The position numbers were made by a program, and so were the translations under genes. From Macrostomum hystrix (Eukaryota; Animalia; Platyhelminthes): a stretch of DNA of 64,000 nt. Shown piece after piece: positions 12,146 to 24,667 of this stretch (its first letter is position 1; the number at the start of each line of letters is the position of its first letter). The notes beneath the pieces were generated by a model. The model did not search any database and had not been told where the DNA came from. It saw only the letters and a program-made list of their open reading frames with translations. The stretch covers positions 8,742,001 to 8,806,000 of the forward strand of contig CATNEN010000003.1 of the NCBI GenBank assembly GCA_950097015.1, given 5' to 3'.

Positions 12146-15141
12146 ATGCGTGCACCGAATGTGAAAATCCTTTCAAAGCTCATAGTCTTGAGCGGCTTCA
12201 TGCTCTGCCTGCGAAATGCCGAAGGTGAGATTTCATACAGACGTGATTAAAAAAATGACTCGGACAACATTTATTAATGCTTTTTCGTTTGCTTGTTTTT
12301 GTATCTTACTGGTTAAGATCAGAGCAACTACAAGTAGAAAAAATAGGTAAAAAGTTAATTAACAACAGCTGTGTACATTCAGTATCAATCACTGATTGGC
12401 AGTGGTCGAATACCTTCTGGACATTTGCGCCCGTATGTGCTTCGTATAGTAGAGGAAAACACTATAAAAAAAGACTGTTGTTTGATTCACCCGTTTGAGA
12501 CCACTGAAAGTCCTCTACGCGAAGTACCCTAGCTTGAGGCATGCCTTGCAAAAGTCTGTCCCAGCTTTGCTATCAATTGGAGTTGCACTCGTCGATTTAT
12601 CGAAAAATGTCTGTTGGTGTTGGACCGTCCACTCCGGGCATCGCTGCCGGTTTATGACTACACTTAATAAGGATTTCTACTTTAAAATGTCAAACTTGGC
12701 TTAGCTTTCTGTATTCCAGAATTAGAGGGTCGTTGGCAGAGCGATTAACAGTAGGACTAAACAAGCCATTTTGCCGCCCGTTTTTATATCAAGGGGGATT
12801 CCCCCCCCCCCTGCGAACATTTTTTGGCAGCGCCTGAAAGCTAACCGCGTAGGGTGGTGACTGATTGGTTGACAGACTAGGCGATGGTGTACTGTAGTTG
12901 AGCTGCGCCTAATACTTAGGCTTCAGCAGTGAAATTTTAGAAATTCGCGTCAGGGTGTCCAGAGTGGCCTATTTCCACATTATTTGCATTTGAAGGTCCC
13001 GCAGTCCGTCTAGATAAAGGTAGGTGACCACCAAAGACGGAAATGATGCAGGCACATTCGGGTGACATGCTGATAAAGTTTGAAGGTCTGGAAAGGCCGC
13101 ACTGAGGCGCAGTGCAAATTCGTGTATAGGGGTGTGTGAAATACACTAGCTCTTATGGGAAAAATCGGACCTTCGGCCAGAAACATTGAATATCTCGACG
13201 GTCTGAAGAGCTGGCGACTTGTTTCTTGTTTCAGAAGATGCGCAACAAAAATTTGGCCCGTGTTCTTGAGTTTCGTGTGCTTGCATTGTTCCGTTCGGGT
13301 GCAGCAAAAAATTGTCAGGGGGGGTGAAATTCCCCCCTTGGTAGTTCCACTGTTAACGTTTTTGTCTCCCTGAGCTCGATTCCGCGGCGAGGCCACATTC
13401 ATTTGGGGCGCAGCCGCGGAGAGAAGGCTTGGGGGCTTATCGTGCAATCTACACCCTTGAGGGCCCACCTCAAAGGCACAGTGAGAGTGTACACTGCCTG
13501 ACGATGAGACAGCCAGGGCAGATGTACACACCTGTGTAAGACTGTGCTCAGGAGTTAGCGAAATGAGCAAAATTGCCTCCTCACTGGCTGCGGGTCTAGT
13601 GTCACGAAATAGTGTGCTATTGCCCACAGCGCTCCTGTAATAACTATTATTATATTATTATTATGCTAAAAGTATTTTCTTACGCACCAAGGTCGAACTG
13701 TGCTTCTGCCAAAAGGCCTGCCTACGAAGCAGTCTTCGCAGCTGAGCGTTGCCCAGACTCCCAACTTGGCCTATAACGGCAATAGAGACGGCCGAATGGT
13801 TGATTACTCTCAGTGCACCTGCACCGCCGCCAGCGACGCCGCACCCTGGTGGCTGCTGGACCTTCAGCTGGTGTACCAGATTGCCAGCGTCAGCGCCTAC
13901 AACCGGTTGGATGCTGCGGACGAGGTTCGGTTCACGCAAATAAGCTTGGGTGAGTTTTCACGCTAGTTTTTGTATTGTGAGTAAACGCTAGTATTGTTAA
14001 GTAACTAAATTAGGTTAACTATAAACATAGTTAACCTACCCATTTCGCTGACTCCTGAGCACATAAGCACACAGATACTGTAGGAATGCACACGCTCACA
14101 CAGGTGTGTACATCTCTACCCAGACTTTCTCATCGTCAGGCAGTGTGCACTTTTGCTATGCCTTGGAGGTTGGCCCTCAAAAGCGTGAATTGCACGACAA
14201 GCCCCCAAGCCTTCACTCCGCGGCTGTGCCCCAAATGAATGTGGCCTCGCCGCGGAATCGAGCGCAGAGACCTTGGGGCGAGAGGCAACCGCTCTCCCAC
14301 TGACCCCTCTACACATCAGGTAAATTATATTTCAGGTATTTCGACAGATCAGTCAGTTTGGACAAGCTTCGCCATCGGACTGTTTCATCGATGCGCTTAC
14401 TGGACTGGCGTGCCGACAGATGCCGACAATCCGATCGTCCTAAACTGCCCCAGACCTGTCACAGGTCGATACGTCACTCTGCACAAGAATCGCACCGGTC
14501 TTACGGATTCTACTCAGGCTTATTTTAACTTTTGCGAGGTCGACGTTTACGCAGGTGAGTATCAGTTATATCAGTTTCGAACTTCGATAGTCTGTCACAC
14601 GCGGTATAAGTATAGTCCATGGGACTAAAGTATAAGAGAGACCCAAAATTATTAGACTTGAAATCAGCCTTTAACAATTTCCACAAAATCGTAAAAAAAA
14701 AATTTATTGATTGCACCTGCCCGATTAGGCCTGATGTGCAGCTGACAGCACAGCCGCAGCTATTGCGCGGCGCATCTGAAGTCTGCGCACGGCTGTTCAG
14801 TCCATGGACAGTGAGGACGCCACACCCACCCTCAATTACCCCCAGCTAAGGCTGGGACCCATTTAACAGCTGGGTGAACTGAACTAATGCAGCTTTAAGT
14901 GTCTTGCTAAAGTACGAGCGTACAGATATTGTTCCAGTCGAACGGGAATCGAACCCCTGACCTTCGAGTGAGTCCGACGTCCTAACCACTAGGCTAAAAC
15001 CCCTTCTGATCACAAATTAATCACAAATCACACAATCACAAATTAATTGCAAATATAGTCTGAATTCAAGCCCTATTCATTTAACAGTCCTCCATGTGAC
15101 CTCTGGTATTTTTTCTATTAGACAAAAGTTCTACCGACTGA
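12146..15141 (+). CDS. Secreted F-type lectin (fucolectin/FTP domain), ~191 aa; exons 12146-12224, 13692-13949, 14336-14554, 15122-15141
   Basis: Signal-peptide exon MRAPNVKILSKLIVLSGFMLCLRNAE|gtgag; FTP motifs QSS, AYNGN, PWWLLDL, YNRLD, GRYVTL, FCEVDVY. All three introns are GT-AG phase 1 and the joined length is 576 nt. The last micro-exon is the least certain. Confidence 0.8.
12790..13352. mobile_element. Possible degenerate non-autonomous DNA transposon (hAT-like end)
   Basis: caagggggattcccccccccctg (12790) is an imperfect inverted copy of cagggggggtgaaattccccccttg (13316-13340). The right end reads CAGTGG on the minus strand; no TSD or left terminus found. Confidence 0.3.
13368..13663 (+). 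mobile_element. SINE family A (5'-truncated)
   Basis: Starts in the B-box region (gagctcgattcc), has the full body and ends in a (TAT)n tail. Confidence 0.85.
14035..14292 (-). mobile_element. SINE family A (3'-truncated), in a lectin intron
   Basis: Reverse complement of the 13368-13570 body. Confidence 0.85.
14712..14996 (-). mobile_element. tRNA-derived SINE, family B, with a Deu/Nin/Meta-like central domain
   Basis: Minus strand shows A-box TAGCCTAGTGG, B-box GGTTCGATTCC, then gcaagacactt...cagttcacccagctgttaaatggg; second copy at 34100-34325. Confidence 0.8.
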
Positions 15142-16377
15142 ATTACATCCAAAATGTCTAACACTGCTCAATTCCATACTAAAACTAGCTGTTCCGGAGC
15201 AACAAATCGTTGCTATTAAAGCGCAACCAAGCGTCTCATCTTCATCCACTGGCCTGATAGCTAGCCTAGCGGTTATTAGATCCGATGTTGAATGCATCAG
15301 CGAGTGCTCTCAGCAGCCGTCCTGTCTGTTTGCACTGTTCAGAGGCTCAACTTTCCAGTGCTGGCTGTTCAGTTCGCCCATAATTCCTAGCAGCTTCGCG
15401 AGCGTACTTGGAAGCGGCAGCAGCGATGCCAGTTTTGTGGCTCTCTACGTTTTTTAGAGAGCTCTATCGAGATATGCCGAATGAGAACAATACACCATGT
15501 CAATCCTGAACTTTTCAATAGATTTTGCGGCAATTTTTTTTCAGAAACTAACACGTTATAGAATATTGACAGCTGTTGAATTTGTCTCAATTGTCTCAAT
15601 TGAACTGTTTTTGTTTCAAATTTATTTTTATTTTGTCTTATAAAATTTGCTTTCAAGGACTACTAAACGAGAGTACAGGAGTCCTTGAAAGCTACTCGAT
15701 ATAATAAACTATAGCTAACTTCAGAATCCAGACTTGAGAGCTTTCGAAATCAAGTACAAGTTGCAAGAAAAAAAATGTTGGACTTTTACACTGTTTAATT
15801 AACCGTTTACACTTATTTGACAATCCAAATTGGCGTCGATATTGACGCTGCATAATTGACAATGTGCACTCGTAAATATTTGAGCTAACAGTCTCCTGCT
15901 ATAGATGTATCAATGTATCAAAGTGCGCATTAAAAAAAACACAAATCTGCATGGCTTAGATTTTATTAAACAAAGTTGGTTTTGCTCGAATTGAGTGTAC
16001 TTTTATGGTGCCCGACGATGGATTAGCGAAAAACGAACCTAATTTTGTCACCAAAAAAGTTTTTCGTTAATTAAAACTTTCAGGAAAAATGTCGGTAGTT
16101 TTAGAGACATGTTGTGGTGTAAATATGTTTACTTTGACCTCCTCATGCGTGGCTTATCTTTAAATTTATCCCAGTATAACAGAAGTCGAAAACATAACAA
16201 AAAACTCATATATTTTAAATCCATCGTAACATTTGGACCAATCAGTGCTCCGTCCTAAATGCGCCTGAATTACAACATCTCTCAACGAGCTCAAAAGCCC
16301 AAACAGGTTTTCTCAGCTGCGACATCAGCAGTTCTATTTGAGACACCGCATTCATAACACCCACTGCAGTCCTCAGC

Positions 16378-17163
16378 ATGAAACCGAAGGCCAAGTTTCA
16401 GAATTTGCTTCTGCTCATTGTTCTTCTTCTGATCACAGCGGCTCTAAATGAGTCGAGCGAGCTTCCCAATAATTCACCTGGACACACCTATCACCAGGTG
16501 CTCGGTCTTCTCTGCATCCGGCCTGACTTCACAATTATCCTGTCCCTTATCAGTTCCAAGATACTATGCTCAACGATGTGCAGCAGGGACCAGCGCTGCC
16601 AGGCCTTCACAATGGCTGACGGTCCGTGTCAGCTGTTCGTGTTCGACAAGTGCAGCAAGTCGGTGAGGAACTGCAGCTGCTCCAGGAGAGGCCAGGTGCT
16701 TGTGAAGCAGCAGCCGGGACTCGAGGCTGGCCAGCTGTGTCCGACTGGCTACGGAGACGACCTGTGCGGAGTGAAGTACAAGCTGCTCGCTGGTACTGAC
16801 TTCTGGTGGCCGAGCAGGCACAAGTGCGAGTCGGAGAGCGGTCTGGTGATCATGGCCGATGTGACCGACGCCACCGAACTGAGCCACGTCGACATGATCT
16901 ACAGCAAGTACATTTCGGGCACCTCGATGTGGCTCGGAGGCTTCCAGCCGCCAGGCAGTCCGGAGCCTAGAGGCGGCTGGTTCTGGGTCAGCTGCAACAT
17001 CAGCGTCAACGACAGCCTGTGGAACTCAATCGAGCCAGACAATTATGACATTTTCGGAGAGAATGTCATTGGTCGATTCAAATCGCACCCTGGGCTATCG
17101 GATTTCTGGCATGAAGTGAAACGTTTCAAAGTCCTGTGCGAGTGCGTGTCTCCGTTCAGCTGA
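16378..17163 (+). CDS. Secreted PAN/apple-like + C-type lectin domain protein, paralogue 1 (EPD motif)
   Basis: Signal peptide; CxxxCxxxxxCxAF PAN-like cysteine pattern; CTLD with WLGG, WFWV, EPDN and terminal LCEC; intronless. Confidence 0.85.
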   Translation: MKPKAKFQNLLLLIVLLLITAALNESSELPNNSPGHTYHQVLGLLCIRPDFTIILSLISSKILCSTMCSRDQRCQAFTMADGPCQLFVFDKCSKSVRNCSCSRRGQVLVKQQPGLEAGQLCPTGYGDDLCGVKYKLLAGTDFWWPSRHKCESESGLVIMADVTDATELSHVDMIYSKYISGTSMWLGGFQPPGSPEPRGGWFWVSCNISVNDSLWNSIEPDNYDIFGENVIGRFKSHPGLSDFWHEVKRFKVLCECVSPFS

Positions 17164-18325
17164 CGCCAGCTAAGTGCGTCGCAACTTTAGAAACGTTTGT
17201 TAAATAAGATTATCAACGAGAAAAGAGCTCTTTGCAGCTTTCTAAAAGAGTAATTAATAACAGTCCTGAAAAAATACATCTGGACACTTTTACTAAAACG
17301 AAATAATTAGGGAACTTATCAAATTGTGATAGTTACGTAATAATTACTGCATCTTGCATAAATAGATGCATAAATTTAGTTTTTTATAAAACCTATATAA
17401 TTACAAGTATAGATTCTATCTGCTACTGCACACTTACTCAGCACGTAGGAAACCACCTGCATTTCAAGTCTGGCAGTGGCAGGAATGCTACTAAAAGTAG
17501 TATTATATGAGACAATTAATTTCCCCAACCGAGCAGGTCGCCGCAATTGTCTTGCTTATTTCGGTTGCCATAGCTGGCCGGACAGTCCGTGTGTCAGAAT
17601 GGCACTCCTAATATAACTCCTTTTTTATGTACGAGTACATTTATTTTATGTGCAATTGAATAGGTAAAAAATCGCACGTGTTTTGGTCCTGTTGGTCCTG
17701 GGGAGGGACACTCACCCTCAATTATCCCATGCAGCTATTGCTGATACCCATTTAATATCCGATAGTCATTTAATGGATCGTTTCCCGTGGCCTTTCGTTC
17801 TGGTGGAACGGGTGATTTATTTAGTCTATGGCATTGATGGCATTTCTGAGGCTCCTTTACAAAGGACTGGGAAATGATTTCCCAGGCTTGGCCATAGAAA
17901 AATGTATCTGAATCTACTTTTTTCGGCATGAATTTATTAGTTTCTTCGTCCTCATTGATTAGGTGAGCATTGGACAAAGCGAATCAAAAGTAACTGTCTA
18001 TGGTAAATTGTGAATCCTGAGGACTGGACTTGACATTCGCAAGTTTAGGCTTTAAGCCAATTGGACCACAGATTCTACATTCCCTGAATATAGAAGTTAG
18101 AATATAGGGAATATAGCTATCTCCTGACTAACTCGACTTTACAGTCACTTTCTAATCAAGTATAAGTGTATTACGAAAATTATGAAGCATTTTTTTCAAA
18201 ATTTGTAGTTTAAGCTATAGGCTAATTTTATGTCTGCTTGGTTGCTATTGTGCTTCATCATGCACAACGAAATATAGTTCTTTTCATGTAATTCTTTTTC
18301 ATGAAATTGAATTTCAAAATTCAAA

Positions 18326-19141
18326 TAGCTAACATAGATTCGGTAAAACAAAAAAAATTAAAAACATCGAAATTGAAACAAACGAAACGAAGTTCAAATT
18401 CTACAATTATCTAGACCCTCGTGAATTATTTATCTTAATAACAAAAATTAAATGAAGATCAATAATTCATTAATGAAGGTTTCTAAAATTTATTGAAGCA
18501 ACGTGTTTTGCAAGCAACGTTCTATAAGATATAATTATAGAACGGAGTTTGATCTGCTTCTAATAAAAAGTTATCAACATTGTAATGTGAAAAACGTGAT
18601 AAGTTCCTGTATCGCTAGTGCATTTTCCGGGAAAATTACGAAAATTATGTAGCAAAAACCATAGACATAGACACGGACTTTACAAATATTCTTCAACGCT
18701 AACCGATTGCCTCATTGGAAAAACACGAGGAATTCAGTGAATTTATGCCATAGACGAAGTCAATGCCTCAAAATTGAGCATGTTGAATACGTTAAAAAGA
18801 TACCTATTTAAAGATCGCTAGATTTCTAGCGCAACTGCGCAAAAATGCGAAAGCCTAATTGTCATAATAGAAAATAAATTTAAAATGAACATGACAATGA
18901 CATCAATACTGACTGTCCTCATTTTTTAATGAAAAATCTTAAGTATTTACATCTTTCTGCGAGAGACATACTGCTAGTGTAAATACATGTAACTCATATC
19001 GTTTATCGAATTATTAATGAGCTATATCGAATCTACTAGCTGAAACATAGATTCGGTAAAACAAAAAAATTAAAAACATCGAAATTGAAACAATGCTACG
19101 CTCGTAGTTTCAAATTCTACAATTATCTATACTCTCGTGAA
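18326..19141. repeat. Dispersed ~100-bp direct repeat (18326-18426 and 19037-19141)
   Basis: acatagattcggtaaaacaaaaaaattaaaaacatcgaaattgaaacaa...caaattctacaattatcta...ctcgtgaat occurs twice. Confidence 0.75.
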
Positions 19142-19816
19142 TCGCATCATTTTTTTCAAAATTAAAAAAACATTGCACGTATACAAATTTATTTTTAAAA
19201 GTTAGGATTTTAACAATGGCATAATTGTTCGTTCTTATGGTTAAAAGGCTTTGTTGCGTTTAAATGGCAGCGATTCGGTGCCTAGGAACAGCTGGCTTTG
19301 GTACTAAACTTAGCATGCAGCGTTTGAGGCTTGGATATTGTCCAATGTGTAGGGTTTTTGTCACGCAAAAAAAATGCGACAAGAATACATCCAGTTTTTT
19401 TTATGAAAACGAGAAATGGCTAGCCTGCGCGCTGGTTTGGTAATCGAAATCGAAGACAAGTTGGCTCTTCTCTTTCTCCACTAGCGATAATTCAAACCAT
19501 GTTTTGCCACTAGATTTTGTTTTTACAATTAAGGATAAATGCTGTATTGTTTTTATGGCATGTTATGGTTGCCTATATTGTTGTGTTTGAGTTGATCATT
19601 GCATTGGTTTATCCCAGCAACGCAACCCTTAAACATAATAGGACAAATGAGATGCTATTCCAATCCATCGTAACATTTGGACCAATCAGTGCTCCGTCCT
19701 CAATGCGCCTGAATTATAAAATTGTTCAACAAGAAAGCCAAGCAAATATTCTCAGCTGCGACACCAGCAGTTCTATTTGAGACACCGCATTCATAACACC
19801 CACTGCAGTTCTCAGC

Positions 19817-20587
19817 ATGAAACAGAAGGCCAAGTTTCAGAATTTGCTTCTGCTCATTGTTCTACTTCTGATCACAGCGGCTCTAAATGAGTCGAGCGAG
19901 CTTCCCAATAATTCACCTGGACAAACCTATCACCAGGTGCTCGGTCTTCTCTGCATCCGGCCGGACTTCACAATTATCCTGTCCCTTATCAGTTCCAAGA
20001 TACTATGCTCATCGATGTGCAGCAGGGACCAGCGCTGCCAGGCCTTCACAATGGCTGACGGTCCGTGTCAGCTGTTCGTGTTCGACAAGTGCAGCAAGTC
20101 GGTGAGGAATTGCAGCTGCTCCAGGAGAGGCCAGGTGCTTGTGAAGCAGCAGCCGGGACTCGAGGCTGGCCAGCTGTGTCCGACTGGCTACGGAGACGAC
20201 CTGTGCGGAGTGAAGTACAAGGTGCAGCCCACTGGGAGATGGTCAGTGCAGAGGCAGAGGTGCGAGTCTGAAAGCGGTCTGGTGATCTTCGCCGATTTAA
20301 CGAGCAGCAGTGAGATGTCTCACATTGGACTCATTTACAACACGACTGCTGACCAAGTCTCTCTGTGGCTGGGCGGCCGGCAGCCTCCGGGCAGTGCGGA
20401 GCCGGCTGGTGGCTGGCTCTGGGTGTCCTGCAACGGCAGCGTCGACAGCAACCTGTGGGCCGACGGAGAGCCAAACAATGGCAATGGCGTAGAAGACGCC
20501 ACATTCGCTCGCCTGTCCATGGGTGATGCCTGGCGGCAGGCCTCTAGCAGGGCCGGCCTGTGCGAGTGCCTGTCACCGTTCAGCTGA
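19817..20587 (+). CDS. Secreted PAN/apple-like + C-type lectin domain protein, paralogue 2 (EPN motif)
   Basis: First ~135 aa almost identical to 16378-17163; CTLD with WLGG, WLWV, WADGEPNN, LCEC. Confidence 0.85.
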   Translation: MKQKAKFQNLLLLIVLLLITAALNESSELPNNSPGQTYHQVLGLLCIRPDFTIILSLISSKILCSSMCSRDQRCQAFTMADGPCQLFVFDKCSKSVRNCSCSRRGQVLVKQQPGLEAGQLCPTGYGDDLCGVKYKVQPTGRWSVQRQRCESESGLVIFADLTSSSEMSHIGLIYNTTADQVSLWLGGRQPPGSAEPAGGWLWVSCNGSVDSNLWADGEPNNGNGVEDATFARLSMGDAWRQASSRAGLCECLSPFS

Positions 20588-21829
20588 GCAGCAACTGTTG
20601 AGCCGGTCCTCACGCACTAGCATTTGAGTTTAGGCTTTTGAAGTTGATTGTACTAACAATCTAAATAGAGAAAAACACGAGTACTCGTGGGCGGTGAAGA
20701 AATGCGCCTGTACCCACTATATCCAGTCACTAAAATTAACTGTAAAAGAAGGTATTATATATAGGACAGAAATCTGTTCACAAGGACTTTGGGCGATCAG
20801 TACACGCTCAGTTAGACTTTTATCTCTGAGTCTAACCGAAAATGTCTTCTTTGAGAAATATAATTTATCCAAGCAAGTTACGAGCTTATTAAACAACTTT
20901 AGAATAAATATTAAATACAACAAACACAAACAATTCTGCTAGTTCTTTATCATTTCAATTAGCCGACATTCTCTGGTCTTTTTGATACGCTGAATGGGAT
21001 TAGATCGATATAAACTAACAACAATAACATCACACGAACCTTAAACGTTAGCATGGACTTATCCTCTTAGCTCCGTTCCGGACGGCACAGAAACATGATC
21101 CCTTAGGCAGCAACAGCTAGGGAAACACCCTTTGCAGATGAGCCTTAGTATTTCACCGGCAAGCAAACAATGGCCCCTTTTGCAGAAAACCAACGGCCGG
21201 CCCTTCAGCAGAAATGTTCCTTGAGCAGGCAACCAATAATCACCCCAGTAGGTAACCAATTTTAATGCAGTAGGCAAGCAATTTAGTAGGGCCTTTGGTG
21301 ACTGTTGAAAGGGATCATTGTTATATTCTAAAAAGGAAAATTTGTTCGCTGCTAAAGGGGACATTTCCTGCTGTGGAGACATTGGTTCCCTGCCTCTGTG
21401 AGGTCAGAGGTTCTGGGGGTGCATTGAATTATGCTTCAGTTTCAGTCAGTAGATACGAGCCATGTCTACTGACTGAATACTGCATGCATAGGAAAGGATT
21501 CTTCAGTTTCAGCTTCGACAGCCGCAGGAATACAATTCAAATACTCGTATATTCAATATTTGCACGGTAGCAATTGTTAGTCAAAATCAGGTTGCGTACA
21601 AAATATCACGGGATTAACTAGTGAATACGACTTTCTCTAGCCGAATAAGAGACTAAAAATCACACGAAAATAGGAAGATGAGGAAAACAATGAGGCTCAA
21701 CCGTTTTTTCAAAGCAGCGGTCACAGAAACGCGCCAAAAGTTATAGTCGTCTGTCGTTTTTATTAATGAACAAAGCCGCTTTCGTCACACAGAACAGGGG
21801 TAAAATGCATCATTGAAAAGATGTTATAG

Positions 21830-23427
21830 TTATTTAAATTTTCGCGACTTAACCAGGCCGGCACGAATGCCGGATGTTTCACCTGAGTAGCGGTTCGCTT
21901 CCGGCCGCACCTCCGGCACCTGGGAGCGTCGCTTAATCATCGCCTTGCGGAATTTGTCGCGCAGTTTCACGCGCGGATTACTGTCGCCAGGCTTTGACTT
22001 CTTGACGCCCCGGGGTCGCCGCTTGTGCAGCCTAACTGGCAGATTCTTCTGCATCTCCCAGTAGATCGGACGATGGCCCGGCTGCTGCTGCTCACTAGTC
22101 TTATCCTTCGCCTGATCTTCTAATTCAGTTTCATCTTGTTTAACAGAAGACGCAACTTTGGCTTTCTTATTAAGCGTTGAATCGTTTCCAAGCTTACGAA
22201 CAGCGTCACTTGCTCGACGAAGCAGTCGTCGGACTGGATGTCGATGCAGATTGGCTTGACCGTTGGCGCGCATTCTCAAGTAGACGCACAACAGAATGTA
22301 GTGCCACTTCAGCACCGACTCCTGATCGGTGAGCTCAGATTCGGCTTTGCCAATCAGAGGCTTCAGACGGGCTTCTAGTCGAGTTTTCTGTTCGTAGGCG
22401 CTGCGCATATCAGGCCATCGATTGGTATCACCAGACAGCAGGTGGGCCTCCAAGGAGACACCAGCTGGCGGCCGCTCGTACGCCGGCAAGTCGCTGGTTA
22501 GCCGCACCAGCTGTTGGCCTGTCCGCTCTCGGGACGCCCCAGACGCCGATGACTTGGCTAATGCCGCTGTCGGCGAAGATTTCGGCAGGTCGGACGGAAG
22601 GCCGACGCCAAGTAGGCGACGCCGAAGTCTCTCCCGCTCCTCGCGCATTAGCCGAGCCGTGGTCGCATTGTCCTCGTCGTCGTCGTCTCCTTCGTCTTCT
22701 TCTTCGTCGTCGGAGTCGCCTGCAGCGTAGCGATAACGACGCGACGTCGACCACTGCCGATCGGCATCCCTGTCGGCATCTTCGGCATCATCAGCGTCGT
22801 CATCGACCATGTCCTCGGCGACCTCTTTCCGCAGACGCTGGAGGCGAGCTCGTTTGAGCAGATCGCGAAACTGGCCAACAGCTGCCGCGTCCTCATCCTC
22901 GTCGTCATCGTCTGTCGAATTGTCGGAGTCCAGACCCACTGGGAGCAGCTCCGAGGTGGTCGCTGCCGACTGGCGTTTTCGACTGTTCAGTCTGGCTTTG
23001 GCAGCCGCCTCCGCGTGCTGCGAGAGCTCATTGAGCAGGATCTGAAATGCCAGGTAGTGAGAACAAAAATAATAATATTAATATTTGTAATGTTTGCAGA
23101 CACAGGTACGTACATCTGCCCTGAATTTCACATCGTCAGGTAGTTTACACTCCCACTGTGCCTTGGAGGTTGGCCCTCAGGGGCGTAAATTGCACGACAA
23201 GCCTACAAGCCTTCTCTCCGCGGCTGCGCCCCAAATAAATGTGGCCTCGCCGCGTAATCGAACTCAGGGATCTTGGTGCGAGAGGCAAACGAGTTAGACC
23301 ACTTTGCCATTAACTACATGAGGTAAGTAATAAAAAATTTCTTAAAAAAATTGCTTTCAAAAACTCGAGCTCTGACCTTGTCCTGACCCGCTTCAAAATC
23401 GCGCTCCGAATCGTCGCCTGAGTCGTC
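21830..23427 (-). CDS. UTP3: SAS10/UTP3 small-subunit processome protein; exons 23427-23377 and 23041-21830
   Basis: Sas10 C-terminal domain NPRVKLRDKFRKA...YSGETSGIRAGLVKSRKF, central HPV motif, acidic N-terminus; the spliced junction gives DFEAGQDK|ILLNE. Confidence 0.9.
23068..23300 (-). mobile_element. SINE family A copy in the UTP3 intron
   Basis: Matches the family A body and tRNA-like head. Confidence 0.8.
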
Positions 23428-24029
23428 CTGGAATTTGAAACAAGATAAATGGAAGCTGGCTTTTCAAATTCATGAATTATTGTACATTACGAGCAATACG
23501 ATGTTGAACGGTCTATACTAACAAATGACAAAAATTGCTTACGGCGAAAGGAATGAAAATCGTTAAAAAGCAATTACCGATCACTGTTTATGTGTACTTC
23601 GTAATAAAATCTTTCTTATTACCAAGAATATGGGGAGTTAAAATTACCTATTATTTGAAAATGGATTAAAATACAAAACAAAAAAATGTAATGCCTAATT
23701 TAGTGACTTTTGTACGTAATAGCTTTTTAACATAAAAGCTTTGTTATAGACAGTAACTTAAAAGAGCTCTAGAAAATGAAAGCAAGGGAAAGTACTGTAA
23801 CAAATATATAAACCTATTTAAATGAACACATGCGAGTGACTTGATTTTAACCTATTCAGGATTATAAGACAGCTACACAAAAAAATGTTTCCGACTTTAA
23901 CAAAAACTAATAGCAAGCCTAAAAATCTTGAACAACATGAAGATTCGAATTACTACGAATAATTATGTGACGAAGTATGATTAAGAACTGAAAGAGTTTA
24001 AAAAGACTTATGGATATCTAAGGATTATT

Positions 24030-24500
24030 CTGAGAATTCTAAGAAACACAGAATAGTTCTAAGAATCTAAGAAGAAATATACAAGAAACCCAGAGTAATT
24101 CTAAGAAACCCAGAATAATTCCAAGAAACCCAGAATAATTCCAAGAAACACAGAATAATTCAAAGAAACCCAAAATAATTCTAAGAAACCGAGAATAATT
24201 CTAAGAAACCCAAAATCATTCTAAGAAGCCCAGAATAATTCTAAGAAACCCAGAATAATTATAAGAAAACCAGAATAATTCCAAAAAACCCAGAATAATT
24301 CCAAGAAACCCAGAATAATTCTAAGAAACCCAAAATAATTCTAAGAAACCCAGAATAATTCTAAGAAACCCAAAATAATTCTAAGAAACCCAGAGTAATT
24401 CTAAGAAACCCAAAATAATTCTAAGAAACCCAAAATAATTCTAAGTAACCCAGAATAATTCTAAGAAACCCAAAATAATTCTAAGAAACCCAAAATAATT
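24030..24500. repeat. 20-bp minisatellite (CTAAGAAACCCAGAATAATT)n
   Basis: Tandem 20-bp units. Confidence 0.95.
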
Positions 24501-24667
24501 CAAACAATTCCAAGACTGGAAAAAATAATTTTGGAATCCCAAGACTTCAAAAAGAATTCAAAGAATCTGAAGAATCCCAGACGATTTTTAAGAATCATTC
24601 GGATCCCAAAAAGCACTCCAGACAACAAAAACAGTCTCAAGCATCAATTTCCCAAATTCAAAGCCAC

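Noticed and set aside
13488-13530. Hammerhead ribozyme in SINE A (CTGACGA...GAAA...GTC)
   Set aside because: No room for stems II and III, GAAA is not conserved in all copies, and CTGAC pairs with GTCAG as a simple hairpin.
21059-21570. Short ORFs between the lectins and UTP3
   Set aside because: No recognisable domain or splice support.
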